Positions 19,162 to 31,977 of a stretch of DNA of 64,000 nucleotides are shown in pieces. The notes under the pieces were generated by a model, which was given only the letters and a program-made list of their open reading frames with translations, did not search any database and was not told where the DNA came from. How positions within the stretch are numbered: the stretch's first letter is position 1; each line of letters opens with the position of its first letter. The position numbers and the translations under genes were made by a program. Origin of the DNA: Longimicrobiales bacterium (GTDB lineage: Bacteria; Gemmatimonadota; Gemmatimonadetes; Longimicrobiales; Gaopeijiaceae); the NCBI GenBank assembly GCA_963664435.2, contig CAXXKM010000001.1, positions 1,535,287-1,599,286 of the forward strand, written 5' to 3'.

Positions 19162-20928
19162 GTGAAGCGGGTCGTCCCGGGTCTTCTCGCCCTGCTCGCG
19201 GCGGGCGCGGCCACGCTCAACGCCCAGTCCGCGACCTCCTGTCCGGCTCCCCAAACGCTCACGGAAGGGCTGGATCCCCCGCTGGCGCACGTGCGCTACC
19301 TCGCAGACGACGCACTCGAAGGGCGGGCTTCCGGGAGCACGGGCGAGCGCTGCGCGGCGGAGTACATCGCTTCGGTGTTCGCCGGGGCCGGGCTCGAGGG
19401 CGGCGGAGACGGCGGCTCCTTCTTCCAGAGCTTTTCGATCCGCGGGGGCGCGGCGTTGGGCACGCACAACCTGCTGCGTGCGGTGGAGGGCGACGTGGCC
19501 GAGCTGGATGTCCAGTGGCGGCCCTACGGCTTCTCGGCGACCGGACACGCGGCAGCCGCGGCCGTCTACGGGGGGCACGGCATCGACCGGGCGGGGAACG
19601 CCGGCGAGGGGTACGGCGAGTTGGAGCTGGAGGGTCGCCTGGTGGTGGTGGAGGACGGGGACCCCCTTTCGCCCGAGAGCACGTCGCTCGAGAGCCAGGC
19701 GCACTACAAGGCCTCGGTAGCCGCGCGCCGGGGGGCGGCCGGCCTGGTCGTGCTGCTGGCGGACGGCGGCGACCTGCCGGAGCTGGCCAGCGAGACCCGG
19801 CCGCGGGCGGCCATTCCGGTCGCGGCGGTGCGGGGGGCGGCCGCCGAGGCCCTGCGCGCCACCGCCCGCGCGGGCGGGGACATCGAGCTGATGGCCGAAC
19901 TGACGGCCCTTACGCTGGAGGCGAGGAACGTGGTGGCCCGGCTCCCCGGGACGGACGGGGAGGACGGGGAAGTGGTGGTGGTGGGTGCCCACTACGACCA
20001 CCTGGGCCTCGGCGGGGCGGGGTCGCTCGCGCCGGGCGGCTCCGCGATCCACAACGGGGCGGACGACAACGCCAGCGGCACGGCGGCGCTCATGGACATC
20101 GCCGGCCGCCTGGCCCGCGGCTCCGCGAGGCCCGCGCGCAGCGTCGTCTTCGTGGCCTTCTCCGGGGAGGAGATGGGGCTGTTGGGCTCACAGGCCTTCG
20201 TGGAAAGCGAGCTCTTTTCGGCGTCCAGCACGGTCGCCATGATCAACATGGACATGGTGGGACGCCTGCAGGACAACCGCCTGGCCGTCTTCGGGACGGG
20301 CACCGCCGAGGAGTGGCCCCAGCTTCTCGCTGAAGTCAACAACCTCCTCGCGCGGCCCTTCGACCTGGCGCTGAACCCGGACGGCTTCGGCCCCTCCGAC
20401 CACAGTTCCTTCTACGGCAGGGGCGTGCCGGTCCTCCACTTCTTCACCAACACCCACGAGGACTATCACCGTCCATCCGACGACTGGGAGAAGGTGGAGG
20501 CGGAGGGGTTGGAGCGAATCGCCGAGCTGGTGGCGTACACGACCATCGGGATCGCCGGGATCGCCGATCAGGTCGTTGCGCTGACCCCGGTCGCCGATGT
20601 GGGCGCCCGACCCGCCCCGCCGCCCGCGGCCGGGGACACTCCGGCCGAGGCCGCGTCCTCGGGCTACGGTCCCTACCTGGGCACCATCCCCGACATGAGC
20701 ATGGCCGAGGGAGGGGTTCGGCTGACCGGTGTGCGCGAGGCCAGCCCCGCCGCGATCGCGGGTCTTCAGGCCGGGGACGTCATCGTAGGGTTTGCGGGCC
20801 GGGAGATCGCCGACCTGTACGAGTACACCTACGCGCTGCGCGCCCACGCCCCGGGGGACCGGGTCGAGATCGTGGTGCTGCGGGAGGGGGAGCGGGTGAC
20901 GCTCTCGGCGGTGCTTGGCCAGCGCTGA
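19162..20928 (+). CDS. Exported M28 aminopeptidase with PA and PDZ domains
   Basis: GAHYDHLG, GADDNASG, FSGEEMGLLGS, NMDMVG, SDHSSF, YHRPSD; C-terminal YLGTIPD...SPAAIAGLQAGD. Confidence 0.92.
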   Translation: MKRVVPGLLALLAAGAATLNAQSATSCPAPQTLTEGLDPPLAHVRYLADDALEGRASGSTGERCAAEYIASVFAGAGLEGGGDGGSFFQSFSIRGGAALGTHNLLRAVEGDVAELDVQWRPYGFSATGHAAAAAVYGGHGIDRAGNAGEGYGELELEGRLVVVEDGDPLSPESTSLESQAHYKASVAARRGAAGLVVLLADGGDLPELASETRPRAAIPVAAVRGAAAEALRATARAGGDIELMAELTALTLEARNVVARLPGTDGEDGEVVVVGAHYDHLGLGGAGSLAPGGSAIHNGADDNASGTAALMDIAGRLARGSARPARSVVFVAFSGEEMGLLGSQAFVESELFSASSTVAMINMDMVGRLQDNRLAVFGTGTAEEWPQLLAEVNNLLARPFDLALNPDGFGPSDHSSFYGRGVPVLHFFTNTHEDYHRPSDDWEKVEAEGLERIAELVAYTTIGIAGIADQVVALTPVADVGARPAPPPAAGDTPAEAASSGYGPYLGTIPDMSMAEGGVRLTGVREASPAAIAGLQAGDVIVGFAGREIADLYEYTYALRAHAPGDRVEIVVLREGERVTLSAVLGQR

Positions 20929-22309
20929 GCCGGGCGCGGGGAGCGCGGCCACGACCCTGGCCCACTCGCTGGCGGAGCACGAGGAGCGGCTGATGAGCTG
21001 CGTGCACTGCGGCTTCTGCCTCCCTGCCTGCCCCACCTACGTCCGCCTGGGCGACGAGGCCGACTCGCCGCGCGGCCGCCTCTACCTGATGCGCGCGGTG
21101 GTCGAGGGACGGCTCGATCCCGCGTCGGACGCCTTTCAGACCCACATCGACCGCTGCCTGGGATGCCGCGCCTGCGAACCCGTATGCCCGGCGGGGGTGG
21201 AGTACGGCTCACTCCTCGAGCACGCCCGCGAGGCCGCGGTTGAGGCCAGGCCCGCGGGCGGCGCGGCGCGGGCCATCCTCTGGCTCTTCGCCCGGCGCAA
21301 GTTGCTCTTCGCGCTGATGGCGCTCGGGCGCCTCCTGCGGGCCACGGGCATCCCCGCGCTGGGGGCGCGCTTCCTGCCCGCACGGCTGGGTCGGGTGCGC
21401 CTCGGGCTCGGGATGCTGGCTTCGACCCGCCGGGGACGCTCGGCCCGCAAGGCCGCGTCATCCGCTTCCTCCGCGGAGGCGGGCCCGGGTCCCGCGCCGA
21501 GCCCGCCAAAACGCCATTCCCTCGCCGGCACCCGCGTCGCGGTGCTGAACGGGTGTGTGCAGGCCGGCCTGCTGGGGCACGTCAACGACGCCACCCGCCG
21601 GGTCATCCGGGCCAACGGAATGAACGTCGTGGACGCCTCCGGGCAACGGTGCTGCGGCGCGCTCCACGCCCATGGCGGAGACCTCGAGGGCGCCCGCCGC
21701 CTCGCGCGCATCAATGTCGACGCCATGCTGGGGGCCGGGGCCGAGATCATCGCGGTCAACGCCGCCGGATGCGGCGCGCAGCTCAAGGACTACGGAGAGC
21801 TGCTCGCGGACGACGAACGCTACGCGCGACGGGCGGCCCGCGTGGCCGGGAAGGCGCGCGACATCTCCGAAATCCTGGCCGAGGCCGGACCCCGCCGGGG
21901 GGCGCCGCTCCCGCTGTCGGTGACCTGGGATGCGCCCTGCCATCTCCTCCACGCCCAACGGGTTTCGGAGCCCCCGCTCCAGGTTCTGCGCGCGATTCCC
22001 GAACTCGAACTCGTCCCCCTGCCCCGCGCCGACGAATGCTGCGGGGGCGCGGGTACCTACGGCATCACCCATTCGCGGCTCGGGGGCGAGATCGGAGCGG
22101 ACAAGGTCGACGCGGTGGTGGGCACGGGCGCGAGCGTGGTCGCGACCTCCAACCCCGGGTGCATGATGCAGATCGGCGGAGGACTGCGCATGAGAGGGGC
22201 GAACGTCGAGGCCTGCCATCCGGTTGCGCTCCTCGACGAGAGCTACCGGGCGGCCGGACTCTACGACGCGCCCGCGCACGGCTCGTCCGGCTCGCGGGGT
22301 GGCGGCTGA
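20915..22309 (+). CDS. glcF: GlcF-like Fe-S oxidoreductase (two 4Fe-4S motifs plus CCG domains)
   Basis: CVHCGFCLPACPT, CLGCRACEPVCP, two CCG motifs, NPGC. Confidence 0.85.
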   Translation: MASAEPGAGSAATTLAHSLAEHEERLMSCVHCGFCLPACPTYVRLGDEADSPRGRLYLMRAVVEGRLDPASDAFQTHIDRCLGCRACEPVCPAGVEYGSLLEHAREAAVEARPAGGAARAILWLFARRKLLFALMALGRLLRATGIPALGARFLPARLGRVRLGLGMLASTRRGRSARKAASSASSAEAGPGPAPSPPKRHSLAGTRVAVLNGCVQAGLLGHVNDATRRVIRANGMNVVDASGQRCCGALHAHGGDLEGARRLARINVDAMLGAGAEIIAVNAAGCGAQLKDYGELLADDERYARRAARVAGKARDISEILAEAGPRRGAPLPLSVTWDAPCHLLHAQRVSEPPLQVLRAIPELELVPLPRADECCGGAGTYGITHSRLGGEIGADKVDAVVGTGASVVATSNPGCMMQIGGGLRMRGANVEACHPVALLDESYRAAGLYDAPAHGSSGSRGGG

Positions 22310-22313
22310 TCCG

Positions 22314-23153
22314 ATGTCCCGGTGGTCGATCCGTCCCTTTCGGACCCATCGGGACTACCGGGCCTGTATCGCGCTCCAGGAGGCGACCTGGGGCGCCGGC
22401 TTCTCCGAGCGGGTGCCCATGGCGCTCATGATCGTGAGCCAGCGCCTGGGCGGCGTCGCGGCGGGCGCCTTCGACGACGACGGGTCCCTCGCCGGGTTCA
22501 TCTTCGGCCTCTCCGGGATCGAGAACGGAACCCCGGTACACTGGTCCGACATGCTGGCGGTGCGGTCCGACTGCCAGGGACGGGGCCTTGGAATCCGCCT
22601 CAAGAGCTATCAGCGCGACGCCGTTCTGGAGAAGGGGATCCGGCGCATGTACTGGACCTTCGATCCGCTGGAGTCCCGGAACGCCTACATCAACCTGGCC
22701 AGGCTGGGCATCGTCGCGCGCGAGTACGTCGAGAACATGTACGGCCGGACCGACTCTCCGCTGCATCGCGGGATCGGCACCGACAGGTTCGTGGCCCTCT
22801 GGCAACTGGACGCACGCCGGGTCGAGCGACGGTTGGCGGAAGAGGAGTCGCCCCCCGCCCTCGACGACCTCGCGGAGGTGCCGCGGGTGCTCGCCGGCGC
22901 GCCCGGGCCATCTTCGGGCTGGCCCGAACCGGAGACCCGGGACACGCCACGGGCGGACGAAGTCATGGCGGCCATCCCCTCCGACATCCAGACGCTGAAG
23001 TCGGCTTCTCCGGAACTTGCGGCGCGCTGGCGGGCGGCCACGCGTTCGGTCCTGCGGAGCTATCTTTCGGACGGGTACGAAGTTTGCGAGCTCATTCGGG
23101 GAGCGGGCGTCTCACACTATCTCCTGAGGAGAATCGAGAAGACGCGCGCCTGA
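22314..23153 (+). CDS. GNAT acyltransferase, probable D-amino acid N-succinyltransferase type
   Basis: WSDMLAV..QGRGLGIRLK, WTFDPLESRNAYINLARLG, GIGTDRF. Confidence 0.8.
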   Translation: MSRWSIRPFRTHRDYRACIALQEATWGAGFSERVPMALMIVSQRLGGVAAGAFDDDGSLAGFIFGLSGIENGTPVHWSDMLAVRSDCQGRGLGIRLKSYQRDAVLEKGIRRMYWTFDPLESRNAYINLARLGIVAREYVENMYGRTDSPLHRGIGTDRFVALWQLDARRVERRLAEEESPPALDDLAEVPRVLAGAPGPSSGWPEPETRDTPRADEVMAAIPSDIQTLKSASPELAARWRAATRSVLRSYLSDGYEVCELIRGAGVSHYLLRRIEKTRA

Positions 23154-23230
23154 ACCTGGATTCGTCGAGACCGGACCGGCGCGCCCGAACCGGAGACGCC
23201 GCCCCGGCTCGCATTTGACAGGACTGATCG

Positions 23231-24466
23231 ATGAATGAAAGGAAACTCGACTCGCTCCACGTGGCCATCGTCGGTGCCGGTCCCGTGGGGATCGAGGCGG
23301 CGCTGGCCGCGGCCGAAGCCGGGGTGTCGTTCACCCTGTACGAAGCCGGCGCGCATGTGGGCACCAACGTGCTCTCGTGGGGACACGTCGCCCTGTTCAC
23401 GGGCTGGGATCTGAACGTTTCGCGACGGATGCGGCGATGGCTGGGGCGCGCGGGGCACGAGATCCCCTCCGGAGACGAGCCTCCGACCGGACAGGAGCTG
23501 GTCGCGAGGGTGCTTCAGCCGATCGCGGCCCTGCCCGTCATCGCCGACCGCCTGCGCCTCGGCACGCGGGTGCTGTCGGTGGCCCGGGAAGGACTCCTGA
23601 AGCACGAGGAGATCGCCAGCGCCCAGCGCGCCAACCTGCCGTTCCGCCTGCTGGTGCGCACCTCCGGCGGGGAGCGGATCGACCGCGCGGACATGGTGGT
23701 CGACTGCACGGGCACCTGGGACGTCCCCAACGCGCTTGGCGAAGGCGGCATTCCCGCTCCGGGAGAGGCGGCCGCGGAAGACAGGATCGTCCGGCACATC
23801 CCGGATGTCGAAGCCAATCCGGGCGAATGGGCCGGGAAGCGCATCCTGCTGGTCGGGGGAGGCCATTCCGGACAGACGGTCGCGCGGTCGCTCGCCGCCC
23901 TCGCCCAGCGAACCCCCGCTACCCGGGTGACCTGGGCGCTGAGACATCCCGAGCTGCGCCTTCAGCCCATTGCCGGCGACCGCCTGCCCGCACGCAGCCG
24001 TCTCACCCTTGCCGCCCGGCAGCTGGCCACGAGCGAAGCGTCCGGTCTTGAAGTCCTCCCGGGCTTCACGGTCAACGGAATGGAGCGCAACGGCGATGGC
24101 CTCAACGTGGTCCTGAGCCAGCGGGGCGGCTCCACCATGGTGCGCCGGGTCGACCGGATCGTCTCCATGTGCGGCTACGTCGGCGACCACGGCCTCTACC
24201 GGCAGCTCCAGGTGCACGAATGCTACGCGACGGCGGCGCCGATGAAGCTCTCCGCGGCGCTGCTCGCCGGCTCGGCGAGCGACGACTGCATGGACCAGAC
24301 GAGCTTCGGCGCCAGCACGCTCGACAACCCCGAACCCGGCTTTCTGATTCTGGGATCCAAGTCGTACGGCCGGAACAGCACCTTCCTCATGCGCGTGGGA
24401 TGGGAGCAGGTCGACGAGGTATTCGGGCCGCTGGGAGCACATGTGACGCCGAACGCCCTCTCGTGA
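23231..24466 (+). CDS. FAD/NAD(P)-dependent oxidoreductase (flavin monooxygenase-like)
   Basis: GAGPVG FAD motif, DCTGTW, VGGGHSG NADP motif, KSYGR. Confidence 0.85.
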   Translation: MNERKLDSLHVAIVGAGPVGIEAALAAAEAGVSFTLYEAGAHVGTNVLSWGHVALFTGWDLNVSRRMRRWLGRAGHEIPSGDEPPTGQELVARVLQPIAALPVIADRLRLGTRVLSVAREGLLKHEEIASAQRANLPFRLLVRTSGGERIDRADMVVDCTGTWDVPNALGEGGIPAPGEAAAEDRIVRHIPDVEANPGEWAGKRILLVGGGHSGQTVARSLAALAQRTPATRVTWALRHPELRLQPIAGDRLPARSRLTLAARQLATSEASGLEVLPGFTVNGMERNGDGLNVVLSQRGGSTMVRRVDRIVSMCGYVGDHGLYRQLQVHECYATAAPMKLSAALLAGSASDDCMDQTSFGASTLDNPEPGFLILGSKSYGRNSTFLMRVGWEQVDEVFGPLGAHVTPNALS

Positions 24467-25537
24467 AGATCGACGCCGTCGAAGTCCGGGAAATCCGGCT
24501 CCCGCTACGCGAGCGCTTCGAGATCTCAAGCGGATACTCCGAGGAACGGCGCATCCTGCTGGTCAGGCTGACCGCCGACGGCGAAACCGGTTGGGCGGAG
24601 TGCGTGGCCGGCGAGGACCCCGGGTATTCGTACGAGACCACGGAAACCGCGTGGCACGTTCTCTCGCAGTTTCTCATTCCCGTGCTCTTGGGAGCAGAGG
24701 TGGAGGGACCCGCGGACGTGGAGCGGCGACTCTCGCACGTTCGTGGCCACCCCATGGCGAGGGCGTGTCTCGAAATGGCGTGCTGGGACCTCGAGGCCAG
24801 GCGTCGCGGCCTCTCCCTCGCGGAGGCCGTGGGGGGCTCCGGCGACCCCGTGCCCGTGGGAGTGAGCGTCGGGCTGCAGAAGAGCGACGGCCTCCTGGTC
24901 GACAAGGTCGGCGGGTTCCTCGCGGAGGGCTATCGCAAGATCAAGCTCAAGATCAAGCCGGGGCGGGACGTGGAGATGGTGCGGGCCGTGCGCGAGGCCT
25001 TCCCCGGCGCGCCGCTCATGGTGGACGCCAACTCCGCCTACACGCTGGCCGACCGGGATCGCCTCGCGCAAATGGACGATCTCGATCTGCTGATGATCGA
25101 GCAGCCCCTCGCCTGGGACGACCTGCACGAGCACGCACGCCTCCAGCAGAGTCTCGAGACTCCGGTGTGCCTGGACGAGTCCATCCGCTCGGCCGGCGAC
25201 GCGGAGCTGGCGCTGGAACTGGGCAGCTGCCGCATCATCAACATCAAGCCGGGCCGGGTGGGCGGCCTGGGCTCGTCGCGTCGCATTCACGACCTTTGCC
25301 GTGCGCGCGGCGTGCCGGTCTGGTGCGGCGGGATGCTCGAGTCGGGCGTCGGGAGGGCCTTCAACATCGCGCTCGCCACGCTGCCGGGCTTCACCATACC
25401 GGGCGACATCTCGGCCAGCCGGCGATACTGGGAGCGCGATATCGTGGACCCCGAGTTCGAGGTCGTCGACGGGATGATGACGCCCCCCTCCGGTCCGGGG
25501 ATCGGGGTTGCACCCGACGAACGGCGCATTGACAAGC

Positions 25538-27346
<1,809 letters not shown>

Positions 27347-27478
27347 GCACGAAAGCTCGCGGCCCGGCGCGGGCGCTGGAATGGAAGAATGCGACCCACC
27401 GGCGATCCGGTCGGTTCGGCACGTCGGCTCTGTACGCCCGCCGGCCCGGCAAAGGCTACTCGGCCGGCGCGGCGAAGG

Positions 27479-28033
27479 CTACTCGGCCGGCCTCACGTCG
27501 ATGGTGATCTGCACCGCCAGGTGACCCAGATCCGCACGCGAGCGCACGGCTTCCCGAATCCTCGGCTCCAGCTTGCCGTAGGCCGCCATCACCCCGTTGC
27601 GCAGGTGGGTTCGCAGCAGGTTGAGCGCGTTCGCGTCAGGTCTGGTCGTCCGCGTCTGCTTGCGCATTTCCACGAGATCGGCGGGCAGGATCTCGAAGGG
27701 CACGATGCCGATGTCGTCGTAGCGCTCCGAATCCAGGTACTGGATGGAGACCGAGACATCCCCGCGCGCGTGGCAGTGGCTGATGTCGCCGATCGCGCGG
27801 AATCGCGACGCCAGCCGCTTGATGTCCATGCTCTGCGCCGCCGACATGTAGCCGCGGTTGGTCAGACTGAAGATCCGCCGCAGCCGCTCGGTCGGAGTGG
27901 CGTCGGCTTCCGGGGTTTCACTGTCGAGTTCGCGTCCGGTGGCCGCGCGCGCATAATGTTCCAGATTGAGATCGCGGTTCCTCTGGCGATCGATGTTTTC
28001 CAGGATGCGGTCCGGATTGGTTCTGAAGCTCAT
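27479..28033 (-). CDS. Hypothetical cytoplasmic protein
   Basis: 184 aa ORF with GAGGGAG RBS and host-like codon use; no recognised motif. Confidence 0.7.
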   Translation of the reverse strand: MSFRTNPDRILENIDRQRNRDLNLEHYARAATGRELDSETPEADATPTERLRRIFSLTNRGYMSAAQSMDIKRLASRFRAIGDISHCHARGDVSVSIQYLDSERYDDIGIVPFEILPADLVEMRKQTRTTRPDANALNLLRTHLRNGVMAAYGKLEPRIREAVRSRADLGHLAVQITIDVRPAE

Positions 28034-28157
28034 GCTTCTCCCTCATGGGTTTTCTTGTTGGGCACCTGACGATAACCAGCCCGGCACCTACAGGCTATAA
28101 TGGTTCGAGCCGACGGACCCCATCACACGCTCACCCATCGCACCGCAGGAGGATGCC

Positions 28158-28841
28158 ATGTCCGATTCATCGTCCCCGTCCCTGCCCTCGCTGCCCGGAA
28201 GAATCGTCGCGGTATTCGTCTCCCCGGGCAGGCTGTTCGAGCAATTGCGCGACAAGCCCGTGTGGGGGGCTACCATGCTCCTTCTGGTGATACTGAACGT
28301 CATCATGATGTTTCTCATCCCCGCGGAGCTCTTCGAGGAGCAGATCCGGCGGAGCGTTGGGGATGCCGGAATGGGGGAGGACGAGATCGCCGTGGCGGTC
28401 ACGGTCGGCCGTTACGCCGGCATCGCAATGGCCGGCGTGATGGGCGCGGTCGGCAGCTTCATCATCGGCGCGGCCCTGTTCTTCGTCTTCTCCACGCTGC
28501 TCGGCGACAACGGTCGCTTCCGCCAGTATCTCTCCGTCGTCGTGCACGCGCTGTTGGTCTCTTCGGTGGGCGCCCTCATCCAGGTGCCCCTCAAGCGGAG
28601 CGCCGGCGACATGGAGCTGGTGCTCAGCCTGGGGACCTTCGCTCCGTTTCTGCAGGATGGTTTTCTCCTGAGCTTTCTGAGCGCCATCGGACTCTTCGGC
28701 ATCTGGTGCGCGATGCTGATGGCGATCGGCGTCACAAGGATCCAGCCCACGCGCGGCTGGGGCGGGGCGTTCACGGTCGTGATGGTGCTCTACTGCGTGT
28801 TCGCGCTGGGGACGGCGGCGATCACGTCGATGGTGTCATGA
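28158..28841 (+). CDS. Yip1-domain membrane protein
   Basis: VFVSPGRLFEQL, about five TM helices; AGGAGG RBS. Confidence 0.78.
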   Translation: MSDSSSPSLPSLPGRIVAVFVSPGRLFEQLRDKPVWGATMLLLVILNVIMMFLIPAELFEEQIRRSVGDAGMGEDEIAVAVTVGRYAGIAMAGVMGAVGSFIIGAALFFVFSTLLGDNGRFRQYLSVVVHALLVSSVGALIQVPLKRSAGDMELVLSLGTFAPFLQDGFLLSFLSAIGLFGIWCAMLMAIGVTRIQPTRGWGGAFTVVMVLYCVFALGTAAITSMVS

Positions 28842-28919
28842 CGGAGGCGCTACTGGCGGCGCTGGCCTGAGACACCATCTTATACCGGCTTCACCGCATT
28901 CACCCGGGATCCCTCCGCG

Positions 28920-30800
28920 ATGATCCGATCCATCGTCCTCGCCATCGCCGTCATTGCGGCCTGCTACCACCTCTACGTGGCGGGAGTAGCGCCCTTCACC
29001 GCGCTCATCCAGCGTCCGGTCCACCTCGCGCTCATGGCGTCGCTCGGCTTCCTGGGCCTCGGGGTGCGCGGCGCGCGCGGCTTGTATCGGAAGCCCGGCA
29101 CCGTGGAAGATCCCGAGCGCGGCTTCCCCGTGCGGCACGTGATTTCCCTGACGCTGCTGGTGGGGACGGTCCTCAGCTGCGCCTACCTCGTGTCGGAGAA
29201 CGAGGCGCTGGTGAGCCGCTCTGCATCGCCCACCACGCTCGATCTGATCGCGGCCGCGATCACCCTGCTGGCGGTGCTGGAACTCGCGCGCCGGGCCACG
29301 GGGTGGGGCATCGTGGCGGTGGCGATCCTCTCCATCACCTACGCGCTCGCAGGACCCTGGCTGCCCGGCATTCTGGCCCACCGGGGGTACGGCCCGCAGC
29401 GGCTGCTGGAGCAGCTCTACCTCTCCACCGAGGGCATCTGGGGCATTCCGCTGGGGGTGTCCGCGGACTTCGTCTACCTGTTCGTGTTCTTCGGGGCGGT
29501 GCTGGACATGGCGGGCGGAGGGGCGCTCCTGATCGCGCTCGCCGACCGGGTCGCGGGGCGAACAAGGGGAGGGCCGGCGAAGACGGCGGCGGTCGCCAGC
29601 GCGTTCATGGGCTCTCTGTCGGGGAGCGCCGTGGCGAACGTGGTGACCACCGGCACCTTCACCATCCCGCTCATGCGCCGGGCCGGGTTCCGGCCCTTCT
29701 TCGCGGGCGCCATCGAGGCGGCGGCGAGCACGGGCGGGCAGCTCATGCCACCGGTAATGGGGGCGGGCGCGTTCATCCTCGCGACCTGGACCAACATCCC
29801 GTACCGCACGGTCGCGCTGGCGGCGGCCATCCCGGCCGTGCTCTACTACGTGGCCCTCTTCGCCGCCATCCACTTCCGGGCAGAGCAGCAGGGGCTCGAC
29901 CCGGTGGTCGACAAGGACCGACCGTCGGTCATCAGCAAGCTGCACCTCCTTGTCCCGCTGCTGATCATCGTCGTGCTGCTGGCGCAGGGCCGTTCACCGA
30001 TGCGCGCGGCCTTCTGGGGCGTGAGCACGGCGCTCCTGCTCTCGCTGGCGGTGCCTTCGACCCGCATGAAACGCAGCGACTACCTGAAGGCGACGCTCGC
30101 CGGAGCCTCGGGGGCCGTTCAGGTGGCGGCGGCGTGCGCGGCGGCGGGGATCGTCGTGGGGGTGGCGTCTCTGACCGGGATCGGGCTGCGCATGTCGGAG
30201 TTCATCGTCGTCATCTCGCAGGGCCAGCTCTTCCCCGCGCTGCTGCTCACGGCGGCGGGCTCGATCATCCTGGGGATGGGGTTGCCGACGACTGCCGCGT
30301 ACGTGGTCCTGGCCGCGCTCGGAGCTCCGGCGCTGGTCGAGCTGGGCGTGCCGCTGCTGGCCGCGCACCTGTTCATCTTCTACTTCGGCTGCATCTCCAA
30401 CGTGACCCCACCGGTGTCGCTGGCGGCGTATGCAGCGGCCGGCGTGGCGTCCTCTCCACCCATGCGAACGGCGCTTACGGCGATGTTGCTGGCGATGGCC
30501 GGGTTCCTGGTGCCGTTCCTGTTCGTGTACGCGCCACCTCTCCTGCTGGAGGGATCCATCGTGGCGATCGTGCTCACCTCGGGAACGGGCGCCCTGGGCA
30601 TCAGCGCCATGGCCGGAGCCGCGATCGGCTACATCCGAAGGCCGTTGGCGGTGTGGGAGCGCGCGGCGGTGGTGGTCGCCGGCGCGGCGCTCTTCGGGCC
30701 ATCAGCGGTGCTCGATGCCGTGGGGGCCGTCTTGGGAATCGGGCTCTGGATGTGGCTGGGACTCAAGCCGGAGGCCTCGGAGCCGACTCCTTCGGGCTGA
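28920..30800 (+). CDS. TRAP transporter 4TM/12TM fused permease
   Basis: GGPAKTA, SGSAVANVVTTG, ASTGGQLMPPVMGAGAF, LGMGLPTTAAY, NVTPPV. Confidence 0.95.
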   Translation: MIRSIVLAIAVIAACYHLYVAGVAPFTALIQRPVHLALMASLGFLGLGVRGARGLYRKPGTVEDPERGFPVRHVISLTLLVGTVLSCAYLVSENEALVSRSASPTTLDLIAAAITLLAVLELARRATGWGIVAVAILSITYALAGPWLPGILAHRGYGPQRLLEQLYLSTEGIWGIPLGVSADFVYLFVFFGAVLDMAGGGALLIALADRVAGRTRGGPAKTAAVASAFMGSLSGSAVANVVTTGTFTIPLMRRAGFRPFFAGAIEAAASTGGQLMPPVMGAGAFILATWTNIPYRTVALAAAIPAVLYYVALFAAIHFRAEQQGLDPVVDKDRPSVISKLHLLVPLLIIVVLLAQGRSPMRAAFWGVSTALLLSLAVPSTRMKRSDYLKATLAGASGAVQVAAACAAAGIVVGVASLTGIGLRMSEFIVVISQGQLFPALLLTAAGSIILGMGLPTTAAYVVLAALGAPALVELGVPLLAAHLFIFYFGCISNVTPPVSLAAYAAAGVASSPPMRTALTAMLLAMAGFLVPFLFVYAPPLLLEGSIVAIVLTSGTGALGISAMAGAAIGYIRRPLAVWERAAVVVAGAALFGPSAVLDAVGAVLGIGLWMWLGLKPEASEPTPSG

Positions 30801-30885
30801 CGCAATCGCGAGTCGCGCGGCAGGGTTATACTTTGTCGCGAGTTTGTACGTTTGCGGCGGGCCACCCAGCTTCGCAGGAGACCCA

Positions 30886-31842
30886 GTGACCAGAAGAACC
30901 CTCATCGCGTGCGCTCTGATCGCGGCCCTGGCTGCCGCCGGATGTGGAGACGGATCCGGGGGAGGCAGGCAGTTCCGGAGCCTCGGCACCGCGGGCACCG
31001 GCGGCATCTACTATCCGCTGGGCGGGACCATCGCGAGCCGCCTCTCGGTGCTCGACAGCACCAGCCAGTACACGGCCGAAGTGACGGGTGGATCGGTCGA
31101 GAACATCGCCCGCCTGAACGCGCGTCAGATGGACCTCGGCATCGCCCTTTCGGTCACCATGTACGAGGCCTACCGCGGCATCGGAGACTACGACGCGCCG
31201 ATCGAGGGGCTGCGCGTGGTCGCGCCCCTGTATCCGAACATCACCCACGTGATGGTGCCCGAGGGATCCACGGTAACCGACATCTCCGAGCTGCGCGGAG
31301 GACGGGTGAGCGTGGGCTCGGCGGGAAGCGGCACGGAGCAGTCCTCGCGCCAGCTGCTGCTCGCCCACGGGATCAGCTACGACGACATCAACGTCCAGTA
31401 TCTCACCTTCACCGAGTCGGCCAACGCGCTGCGGGACGGCGCCATCGACGGGTCCATCATCTCGGTCGGATACCCGGCCGCCGCCGTGCTCGAGGCCACC
31501 ACCACCGGCGGGGCGCGCCTGCTCGCCCTCTCCGACGAAGCCATCGAGGCGATGACCTCCACCTATCCGTACTACTCGCGCGGATACCTCCCCGGGGGAA
31601 TCTATCCGGGCGCGGACGAGCCGCTCCAGACCATCGCGATGATGAACTGGATTATCTCCATGGATCATCTGGAGGCACCGGTGGTGGACCATGTGCTCGG
31701 GATTCTGGAGAACGAGAGGGAGATCCTGGTCCGGGTCAGCCGCATGGTCGAGCAGGTGGACTTCGCCTTTCTGGATGACGCTCCCGTTCCGCTGCACTCG
31801 GCTACGGAGGCGTGGCTTGCCGGTCGGGGAGCAGACCGTTGA
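30886..31842 (+). CDS. TAXI family TRAP solute-binding lipoprotein
   Basis: Lipobox AAGC; GTAGTGGIYYPLG, TGGSVENI, GSAGSGTE; GTG start after AGGAG. Confidence 0.93.
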   Translation: MTRRTLIACALIAALAAAGCGDGSGGGRQFRSLGTAGTGGIYYPLGGTIASRLSVLDSTSQYTAEVTGGSVENIARLNARQMDLGIALSVTMYEAYRGIGDYDAPIEGLRVVAPLYPNITHVMVPEGSTVTDISELRGGRVSVGSAGSGTEQSSRQLLLAHGISYDDINVQYLTFTESANALRDGAIDGSIISVGYPAAAVLEATTTGGARLLALSDEAIEAMTSTYPYYSRGYLPGGIYPGADEPLQTIAMMNWIISMDHLEAPVVDHVLGILENEREILVRVSRMVEQVDFAFLDDAPVPLHSATEAWLAGRGADR

Positions 31843-31977
31843 GACGCGCGCGCTCCGCGACAGCGTCGGGATCGAACAGCTTCACATCAGCGGCCGGGCG
31901 TGCGCCTGCGGACCACCGCGCGGCCGTCCGGGGGCGCTGATCGCGCTGGCGGAAGCTGCGGGCCGAGGGGAGGCTGC

